A stretch of 64,000 bases of DNA from positions 4,154,001-4,218,000 of the forward strand of contig JBHGNT010000015.1 of the NCBI GenBank assembly GCA_043228905.1, written 5' to 3'. Shown piece by piece: positions 38,320 through 48,383 of the stretch. The translations under genes and the position numbers were made by a program. Each line of letters begins with the position of its first letter. The stretch's first letter is position 1. The notes under the pieces were generated by a model that was not told where the DNA came from, did not search any database, and saw only the letters and a list, made by a program, of their open reading frames with translations. This DNA is from Azolla caroliniana (lineage: Eukaryota > Plantae > Polypodiophyta).

Positions 38320-38583
38320 GTACAACAATAATGATAACAATGTAACACTATTTGCCCTAGTTATATTTATACTCATATAACTTATGGGCTATTTACAAAT
38401 ATGGCCTCAACAGCCACGTCTGAACATATTTACAAATATTTTCCTACTTACTAGTTCATACCAGATCCAACTGGATTGCTTCCAGAAAAGTTCAATTCGG
38501 TATCCGGATACTTTCTGGGCCCATCCGTTCTGGTTCCTCCAGTTCTCATCCGGATCCCATCTAGAGGGACCTGTTTCCGAACA
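33788..38583 (-). mobile_element. Ty1/copia family B element (B2), full length, decayed
   Basis: LTRs 33788-34316 and 38064-38583; TSD gcttc/gcttt; host peptide FMQK|PTMEHLQ restored on removal; PBS 38049-38060. Confidence 0.93.
34322..38038 (-). pseudogene. pol: B2 gag-pol
   Basis: CFYCGKPGQFQKDC, WVVDSGA, LWHKRLWHMS, LELVHTDVC, RADNKGEY, YASAVGSFMY. Confidence 0.92.
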
Positions 38584-38588
38584 GCTTT

Positions 38589-40312
38589 TGCATGAATTGA
38601 TTGATCGCTCTGACCGGATAGCTAATGTCGGGGCAGGTAATCATTAAATAAATAAGGCTTTTGACAATTTGTTGGAACCATTTCTAATCGGAGGCCGGTC
38701 TGGAGTCGGGATGAAGCTTTAGGTACCGGTCCAGGGGTGTGGAGACTAGTCGGTAGTCGGTCATACTGAATTTGTACAGCATATTCAACATGTAATGTCT
38801 TTGGGACAACAATATGTGTTCGGGGGTATGGATCACTTCGATCCCAAGGAAGAAATGAAGGTCCCCTAGGTCCTTCATTTCGAATGCATCCAACAATTGG
38901 GATTTCACTCGGTCGATCTCAATGAGTCCGGGTTCGGTGATGACCAGATCATCCACATATAGTAGGATACATACCAGACCGTCCAGATCTTTTCGGATGA
39001 ACAGTGAAGAGTCCGACTTTGAGGCCGCAAACCCGTCTGACGCAACCTTCGAATTCCAAGCACGGAGGGCTTGCTTGAGGCTGTAAAGTGACTTTTGAGT
39101 CGGTAGACTACCGACTTGTTCATCTCCGACTGAAAACCGGGGGCCTGGATCATGTAGATTGTTCTTCAATGTCGCCTTGAAGAAACACATTCTTCACATC
39201 CATTTGGTGAAGATGTCATCCCCTTGCCGCAGCAACCGCTAGCACCACACGAACCGTCGCCATCTTCGCTACCGGAGTGAAGGTTTCGTCGTAGTCAATT
39301 CCATGGGTCTACGCATATCCTTTGCCCACTAACCAGGCCTTGTACCGGTTGAACGAACCATCAGCATTGTAATTTACCTTGTACACCCACTTGCAACCTA
39401 TCAGTTTGCAATGTTGGGGAGGGTCAACCAAGTCCCATGTGTCATTGGCATCGAGTGCCCGCATCTCTTCCTCCATAGCAGCATGCCAATGTGTGTCCCT
39501 TACTGCTTCTACATAGCTCTCCGGCTCACACACCTCTACCACTTTCGTCGTGTATGCATAGTGATGCGCCATGTACTCATTATATCGGTACCACTTCACA
39601 GGGTTCTTCTGGCGGGTGGATCGGCGTAACTTCTCGTTAGCCTATTTCAAGGCCCTATTGGCCGGCTCGAACTTCGTCTCTGAAGGTCCGTCTTCGTTGT
39701 CTGGAGTCGGATTCTGTCCGATCTGATTCGTCTCTACCAATGTTGTATTCTGGCATCTTCTTCTTCCTGTTCTCTTTGCGCGTGAACCATCTCTTCGGTT
39801 CCTTACACGGGGACAGCATGGCTGAGTCTCCACTACTCACCGGCTCTTCATCGAACTGGTCGTTCCGACTCAGTCGCTCAACCGGCCCACTTAGCCTAAA
39901 TGAAATCGGACTCTAATCTAGAGTACCGAAGTCTTCTTCTTCTTCTGCCCCAGATTGTTTCCGGCTCACTGGCCTGATCTTCCAAAATCGAGTTGGAGTC
40001 AAGAGTTGGAGTCGGCAGAGAGTACCAGGATGCCGGTTCGTCAAATTTGACATCTTGGTTTACTCGGATTATCTTTGTCCGGGGGTTGTAGCACTTATAC
40101 CCCTTTTGCTCATGTGAGTAGCCGGCAAGGATACACTTCTCCAACTTCCTCCTCTTCTCATCCGGCACAAGCACATAGGCAATGCTACCAAATATCCTAA
40201 GGTTCCTTAAATTTGGCTTCCGTTCGAAATATAGCTCATGTACTGACACCTTATTCCTGATCCGGTTTTGAATATAGACGGTTGTCCAAACCACTTTGGC
40301 CCAATAGAACGT
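38589..40312 (-). pseudogene. pol: A4 integrase C-terminus and RT
   Basis: [47 protein letters not shown]. Confidence 0.9.
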
Positions 40313-40864
40313 TGTCATGCCTTTCGGCTTGGGATCGTTGCGTGAGTCAGGTGGGAACCACTAAGGTTTTGGACTAGGAGAAAGAAGAATATGAGATAAG
40401 GCTAGTAATGAATAGGTATAAAGATAGGTAAGTTATGAATCTCGTGAATCCCACGAGTTTAGTGTATTTCATCAATATTTAGATACGAAGAGACAATTTT
40501 GATCACAAATTCGTGAATCCCACGAATATATTGTATTAATTGGTGTTTTTAGGAAATATATCCAATTTCCAAATATTCCACACACCCATCCCTATTACAT
40601 TGTGCTCCTCATCCTTATATCATGATGAGAGAGTCTAAACAATCCACGCTTTTTCTATAGATAGACTCTATGCTTTCTCTAACATGCTTTTTCTAAAGTG
40701 ATCCTACTTTTTCTAACTTGATGCGTTTTTATCGACTATGGTGTTCATGCACGATACATGTGCATGCGTAGCTTTTTCTTTTATCATGTGTTTTCTTCTA
40801 GCTAAAGTTTATCCTAGCGTGAACTTACCTTTCTATGTGGGATGTTTACCTTTTTAACACTAGT

Positions 40865-40952
40865 GATATGTTAGTGTAATAGTAAGGCTTTACATTATAA
40901 ACATGGAGGTGCAAGGTTCGAATCTTGTCCTATGCATGTAATATATATTTTT
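40865..40952 (+). promoter_or_regulatory. tRNA-like Pol III A-box/B-box cassette inside G5 LTR (second copy 43961-44046)
   Basis: tagtgtaatagt at 40872 and ggttcgaatc at 40915 (43-nt spacing), followed by a T-run. Confidence 0.55.
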
Positions 40953-41199
40953 ATACTTTCTTCTATTTACAAATATGTCTCTTCATCCGGTGAGAGACTC
41001 TCACCGACCTTCTTCATCCGGTTCTCACCGGGTCTCCTTACCGGGTCCGGTCCTTACCGGTTCCTCCTTCCGCTCCTCACCGGGTACTCCATGTCCTATC
41101 CGGAGAGACCAAAAATGCAATTTTTCATGTAGTGTGCGAATTACACTACGACACTCACCCCCTCCAAACCCGCATATCCTTCGGTATGTGCCGAAGTTG

Positions 41200-43392
41200 T
41201 CGATGATTGTTAGTCTTGTCCATCCGATCTCCACCCCGTTTCTAGTTCTATTCAGTTGCCAGCTCCGTCCGGTTTCCGGTTTTCAATTGCTTGCTCCGCC
41301 CGGTTATCGATTGTTGGCTCTCATATTTCTCCTTTACTTGCAATCACCTCCATTTCTCTTGTTATGTCGACTTTGTCTCTCTATTTTGAGCAAATCCATT
41401 CTTTCCACCCGAACCATTGTCGCCATCCGATCCACCATAGTCTTCGTTCACTGTTTGCATGGCCATGGCCGGTTGTCACGACTCCTCGTGCTCCTCTTGA
41501 GTATAACCCTTCATGTCTTGTGCATGTGCCATGCTCCCCATTTTGTCCACATTTGTCATATAATCTCGCGTTAGAGTTGACAATCTTCATGTTATAGCCC
41601 TCCTTTGTCGAGATCTCATCCTTGGTAACACCCTTCAAATCCGCTTGGCCCTTGTCGTCTGTGGTAGTATGCTTGTTTGGTGTCTTCCTCGTGTTCACCG
41701 ATCTCGATTACTTCGACCTCCATTTGAGTCGAATTACCTTCTTTCCGGATCGGTCTCATCTGATCGGTTTTCAGTTGGATTGGCTTCCGATCGGATTCAT
41801 ATTCGGCCGAATCGGACTCGGTTGATCGGTTTCGACCGAGTCAGCCCCCGTTCGGGTCGGGTTCGATCTATCACTTTCAGTTTCGGTTGGCTTTCTTTTC
41901 CTCATGTTCACCGGCCTCGACCAATTCAACCTCCGACTGAGTCAGATTAGCTTCTTTCCGGATCGGTCTCATCGGATCGACTTTCGGCTAGGTCGGCTTC
42001 CATCCGTATTCGCGTTTGGCCGAATCGAACTCGGTCGATCGGTTTTGACCGAGTCGGCCCCCTTTCGGGTTGGCTTTCTTTCAGATCGGAATTCCGTCTG
42101 GATCATCTTCCATCCGAACCGGCTTCCGACTTTACCTTTCTTGCCACCACCTCCCGTCTCTCCAGTCTCACGTTGCTTCTCGGACACAACCGTTGAAGTC
42201 TCTAGGATTAGTGGGCATGAATCCTCGGTATTATTGTTCTTTGTTGTTTCACCCATAGCCACCTTCTTGGCTATCTCTCCGTCGTATGCATCGCATTCAA
42301 ACTTTGTTTTCTCTCCACCATCTTCCATCTCTTCGGTCTCACGTTGTCTTTCGAACGCAACTGCCGAAGTCTCTAGAACTAGTGGTGGGAAAGTCTTCAT
42401 ACAGCCATCCGCTTCGTCCATAGCCACCTCCAATTCGATGTCATCTTTCGTAGCGAGCTCCTCAATCAAGTCCGCCTCGCACTCTTTATCTCCCTCGATC
42501 ATGCAAGCTTCGATTATGCTTACCCCTTTTTAACCCAATGTTTCGGATACTTGTATTTCGAAACCTTCTTCTGTTCTTGAAGTGGTGTTCGCCACTCTCA
42601 AGTCATCGACCTTGTCCTTGGCCGTCATTCTTTCGCAAGATGAGAGGGTGACTTGTTCCACACTCTCCCTCGTGGTACCATCATATTGTATTTCAGCCTT
42701 TGTATCAGCCACATCGTTCATCCTTAATCGATCATCCCTTATAGGCCATGATGTTGTCGACGATATTCTCATCTTCCTCTTATCGTGTCTTTGGCATACT
42801 CTTTCGACTTCAGCCCAATCCTCGGTAAGGCCATTTGCACCATCATCATCTTCGAGTTGGATCCCGATGTCCATCCTTTCTTTTTTATCAATCGATCTTA
42901 CGAACATTAGGACTTTATCCTCCCCCAACAATCTTTGTTCCCGCTCCGAGAGTCGAGCAAAAGGATGCTCGAATTCTACTAATGCTTGTGTTGCACTTCG
43001 ATGGGTCTTCTCCGATGCCACCCATTCATCAAACTCTCGTTGATCTTGTCCCTTTGGTCTCTCGAATCATATGCCTCTCATAAAGCTTCTTCAAATGACC
43101 CCCATGTTGGGTTTTGTTGCCGTATCTTGTGGATTCTCTCTTGTAGCTCATCCATGGCCACCCGACTGAAGGATATCACTCGTATCCCATGTCGCATCAT
43201 CGCCCCCTTGTAGTCACATAGATTACGTGACACATCCATTCCATTGAATTGCCCGTTTCTTTGCACAAGCCGCTCTACTTCCAATTTGATCTCCGACATC
43301 AAGCGTTGTTCTTGTTGCATCCGCTCAATCATCATCATCATTATGCTCATCACCTCTTGTTGATTCTCCATCTCCTTGCCACCCGTCTTCAC
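41200..43392 (-). pseudogene. gag: G5 gag-like ORF with a long low-complexity extension
   Basis: QFNGMDVS, FSRVA, TWGSFEEAL, VLMFVRSID, GLTEDWAEVERVC homologous to G1/G4 gag; about 214-bp internal repeat at 41691-42090. Confidence 0.8.
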
Positions 43393-44251
43393 ATCGGGTT
43401 CACCACTTGGTGTCGTGCCTTTCGGCTTGGGATCGTTGCGTGAGTCGGGTGGGAACCACTAAGGTTTTGGACTAGGAGAAAGAAGAATATGAGATAAGGC
43501 TAGTAATGAATAGGTAGAAAGATAGGTAAGTTATGAATCTCGTGAATCCCACGACTTTAGTGTATTTCCTCAATATTTAGATACTAAGAGACAATTTTGA
43601 TCACAAATTCGTGAATCCCACGAATATATTGTATTAATTGGTGTTTTTAGGAAATATATCCAATTTCCAAATATTCCACACACCCCCTCCTATTACATTG
43701 TGCTCCTCATCCTTATATCGTGATGAGAGTCTTAATAATCCACGCTTTTTCTATAGATAGACTCTATGCTTTCTCTAACATGCTTTTTCTAAAGTGATCC
43801 TACTTTTTCTAACTTGATGCGTTTTTATCGACTATGGTGTTCATGCACGATACATGTGCATGCGTAGCTTTTTCTTTTATCATGTGTTTTCTTCTAACTA
43901 AAGTTTATCCTAGCGTGAACTTACCTTTCTATGTGGGATGTTTACTTTTCTAACACAAGTGATATGTTAGTGTAATTACAGCTTTACATTATAAACATGG
44001 AGGTGCAAGGTTCAAATCTTGCCCTATGCATGTAATATATATTTTTATACTTTCTTCTATTTAGAAATATGTCTCTTCATCCGGTGAGACACTCTTACCA
44101 GCCTTCTTCATCCGGTTCTCACCGGGTCTCCTTACCGGGTCCGGTCCTTACCGGTTCCTCCTTCCGGTTCTCACCGGGTACTCCATGTCCTATCCGGAGA
44201 GACCAAAAATGCAAATTTTCATGTAGTGTGCGAATTACACTACGACAACGT

Positions 44252-46200
44252 GGGCATGCTTTTCACTTCCGGCATTGCCTGTACCACCTCGACAATAGAC
44301 CAGTTATTCCTTTCAGCCACACCATTTTGTTCCGGTTTGTATCTACAATTGAATTCTCTCCAAATTCCATTTTGATGTAGATAAATATTGAATTCGCCAG
44401 AAAAGTATTCTTTTCCACCATCCGACCGCAGGCACTTGATCTTCCTCTCCGTTTCCTATTCAACAAGACTTTGCAAGTTCCAGAAACAGTCGAAAACTTC
44501 GCTTTTCTTCTCTATGAGGTAGATCCATGTGTGCCATCTGTAGTCGTCGATGAAAGAGACAAAATATTGGTTCCCGCCATGACTAACATTCTGAGTCGGT
44601 CCCCATACATACGAATGTTATGGCTCTAGTGTCTTTCGGTGGGGAATGGAAGCCGTTGTTGCTTCCCGAGTTGGCATGCTTCACATATTTGGGCTTTCCG
44701 GCCACTAAACTTTGACAATCCGAAGACAACCTGTTTCAATTGCAGGACTTGAAGACTCTCACAGTTGACGTGCCTGATCCGCTTGTGGCACAAGTCAATA
44801 TCCGATTTGACTTTTTGTCCTTTTGCGACGAAGGCGGTGCCTACGTCATTGGTGTCGAGGATGAACATCCTCCCATCTCAGCGCCCTTGCGCGATGATCC
44901 GGCCGTCTTCCTCAATGAAGCACCTGAGGTGCGTAAACCACACAAGCATCCTCTAGTCGACACCTGCATCCCTTGATCGACGATCTGACCAATCGATACC
45001 ACATTCTTTGTGATTGTCGGGACCTGAAGCACGTTCATAAGCTTCCCTTTTTGTCCAACATGACTCAAGGGAACTTCTCCGACATTCACGATCGGTTGAG
45101 TGTCATCTCTTGTTTTGACAACTCCTTGTTGCTCTGGTTTTTACAAATATGAGAACCACTCTTTGTGGCTCGTCATGTGGTTAGACGCTCCGAAGTCAAC
45201 GTACAACACTTCTGGTTGATCCGGAAGTGGTCGTCTTCATCGAGTTTGCCTTGTGCTTCATCACGAAGGCTAGCCCTTTTCTGGTCTTTCCGGTTCTGGA
45301 TCCTTCTGTGTAGTGCGAGCTTTGTCGGTTCCCTTGTCCCACCTTGCCGGATCCGGATCTATCCGAAGCGGCGCTCTTCTTCCAACACTCGCTTTCCCGG
45401 TGGCCTTTCTTGCCACAGTACCAGCATTCCTTGTCGGCCTTCCCTTGCCTATTTCCGGCACCGCTTTGACTCCCCCTGCTTGTGGAGGGTCCGAAACTGT
45501 TGTCGGCATCATCTCTGTGCCTTCGGTTTTGCTCTTGTCAGTCGCCTGCATTGCGTGCCGACCCACCTCGTCCTCCACACACAGGGCCGATCCGCCTCCG
45601 TGTACAACATATGACTGTCCGATTCAATGTCCCTTCACCCACTCACGTAGTTTTCTTCGACCATGAGCATCGATTGCAGGTTGAAGAAGGACGGTGACTT
45701 CTCCTGGGTGCAAATTGACGTCCGGATTGGTCAGTACCACTGTGCTAGACCACCGAAGCAGATCTGGATCATCTTGTCCTCGTCCACCGTCACGTTGATG
45801 GACCCGAACACATCGCAGATATCCTTGATCTTGGTGGTGTTGCAAGTGATCAACATGTCCCATTGCCAAATACTATTGAGTTATTCCCGGAGCTGCAACT
45901 TCTGAGCCATGGTACTTGTGGCGAAAATCTTCTAGAGATTTTCCTAGGCCTCCTTCGATGACTTTACATCTCTGATGTAACCATGCTCATGCACACAAGA
46001 CGCGAGGCAGTACAACACTCTGCTTGCTCCTTGTTCCCATGCCGGGAAGTCCTTGTGTGCAGATCCGGCTCTACTTCATTTGCTCCTTCCACGTAGCTCC
46101 AGTATCCATGCCCAACAAGTACTCGTGCATTTTATACGACCAGGAAGCATAGTTGCTTCGGTCGAGCTTTTCTGTTGAAAGCGAGCTTGCCATACTTCTG
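44252..46200 (-). pseudogene. gag: A4 gag-protease-integrase
   Basis: MASSLSTEKLDRSNY; CHKRIRHVN; CEACQLGKQ; collinear with A5. Confidence 0.88.
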
Positions 46201-47209
46201 TCCATATCTTCCTTCCTGTTCTTTACCAGGTGTTAGGGTTTGTCTGTGAGCGTCATTCATCGGCAACAGAGGATTCTCAACCCTCGCACTCTGATACCAT
46301 GTAAAAGTTAATATGCGGAAGCTTAGAAAAACCGGTTGTTGGCATAAAAGGCCGACTCCTTCCAAATTGTATCCGTTCGAGTGTGAACTCGTTAATAAGT
46401 TAGGGCTTAGTATATAAGCGAATACCTAACATTTTAATGGGTGATGAAGAGCAAAGTATCGTATCTCTGAGAAAGAACGAAGTAATAAGAAGCTTTCCAT
46501 TAAAGCTCCATCTGTGTAAGTCTCCACGCCTATTCTATTTTTTGTGTGTGTTGTTTGTTGTTCAGTACTGACTATAGATCCATACATGTTTACGCACATA
46601 GCACTCGTACCCACAACTGGTATCAGAGCCGAATCTTTGTTGTTCGGTGGCAACAGTCAACAGAAGAAGCTAAAAGAAAAGACCAGGTCAAAAATCTCAA
46701 GTTCACAAACAGAATATGGCTTCAACATCCGGAACAAGAGTTGAAATTAGAAAATTCGACGGCAAAAACTTTGCGGTGTGGAAGGAGATGATGCAGGATG
46801 TGTTGATCATTCGAAGATAGGTCGAAGCCATTCAACACAACGAAAAACCTGCTTTAATGACAGCCGAGGAGTGGAGATCAACAGACGAAATCGCACCCTC
46901 CACCATCCGAATGCATCTGGCCAAAAACGTTTATTTTAGCATGGCGAAAGAGATGACAGCGTTCTCATTGTGGGACAAGCTACAGGTCGTCTATGAGAAG
47001 AAGTCCTCATCTTCAAAACTGATCTTAATCAAACAATTGTTCAACATGATGATGAAAGAAACTGATACGGCAACCTCCCACATCAACACCTTCAACCGGG
47101 TGTTGTCAAAGCTCTTGTCACAAGGGATCAACTTCGAACAAGAAGTGAAAGCCCTTGCCCTCCTATCGAGCTTGCCGGCGAGTTGGGAGGTATTCTGTAC
47201 GACTTACGT

Positions 47210-48383
47210 TGTCGTGAAGATCCGTCACTACGTGCGGATCGCGAGGCGGAACCACCGGGGTTCTGGACCGGAAGGATTTGAAGTTGCACTAGCTTTAGCG
47301 AGAAAGGAATTAAGATAGATTAAAAGAAAGAGAGATTGAGATAAGATAGAGCACTTGAAGTTAGATTGAGAGAGATTAAGATTGAACTCTTGACTTTAGA
47401 TTTGAAGAACAAGATTGATACATCAATTGGATAACGAATTTCTCACTTTTAATTTCTTGATTAATACATCGCTTGGATAACGAATTTTCTTCTTAATATT
47501 AATTTTGATATAAAGTACAAAGCTCCCTTTGATCTTTTTCATCCACCCTTTTATAGATGCTCCCATGCATATGATGCATGTGAGGGTACAAGACATGCAT
47601 ACAATGCATGAAATGCATGTGATGCATGTTTGCAATTTGGCGCTCATGCATCACATGTCACTCAATCAAGCTCTAATATGAGAATTTCCATGTAAAGCTA
47701 TAATAATAAACTATAATACCTAAAGAAATGATTTGGCTTAATGGTAAGCCGATTGCTTCCTATCTTGGAGGTGCAAAGTTTGAGTCTTGCTTACATCTTT
47801 TTCTTTTATGCACAAAATACTATTAGGCTTTTGGACCAAATATCTTTAAGACACCATGCACTGTGATCAACCGACCCGACCGATCCGTTCGATTTCAATC
47901 CATTTGGTTTGGCCCAGTTCGCATCCCGAGTCACTTGTCGGCTCACCGGCTGGTCGTTGGTTCCACCGTCGGATTTGGTTGGCCAAAACCATTTACACGT
48001 AGCTAGGCCACACCCACTCATCCAATTAGCTTAGTCCAAGTCACCAAGAACTCTCTATGCTCCACACATAGACATAAAGATAATAGTTTTTGCTCTGCCT
48101 TATATATGGTAAGATCCTTATTTGTCTTGTCTATGTGGGATATCTCACAGTTTTATCTTTCTCTTTTCCTTTGCAAACTTCCTACCCACATAACTTGAGA
48201 CTTGGATGTCCGTTTGTTATGTAATAAAGTGCATTCGAAAGCTCTCGAAGACCTCTATCTTTCTGTACTAAGATATTAAACTTATTTAAAATAGTATTTT
48301 CACTATTATTGTTTTATATGATTCATACTCGATTTCGTATGTTTTATGCGATTTTCACACCATTGCCAAAAATCTTCACGACA
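47210..48383 (-). repeat. Solo LTR of a G-lineage gypsy
   Basis: 12-bp terminal inverted repeat tgtcgtgaagat/atcttcacgaca; TSD acgt/acgc; host gag restored on removal. Confidence 0.9.
47727..47807 (+). promoter_or_regulatory. tRNA-like Pol III cassette inside the solo LTR
   Basis: A-box tggcttaatgg in D-arm hairpin ggctt/aagcc; degenerate B-box agtttgagtc 43 nt later; T-run terminator. Confidence 0.55.

Larger units (their letters stand above)
40313..44247 (-). mobile_element. Non-autonomous G-lineage element (G5), complete, gag-like only
   Basis: LTRs 40313-41153 and 43411-44247; TSD ACGT/ACGT; Trp PBS 43388-43405; PPT 41154-41165; no RT/INT motifs. Confidence 0.92.

Noticed and set aside
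40865-40940. Functional tRNA gene
   Set aside because: No convincing acceptor or anticodon stem; reported only as a tRNA-like cassette
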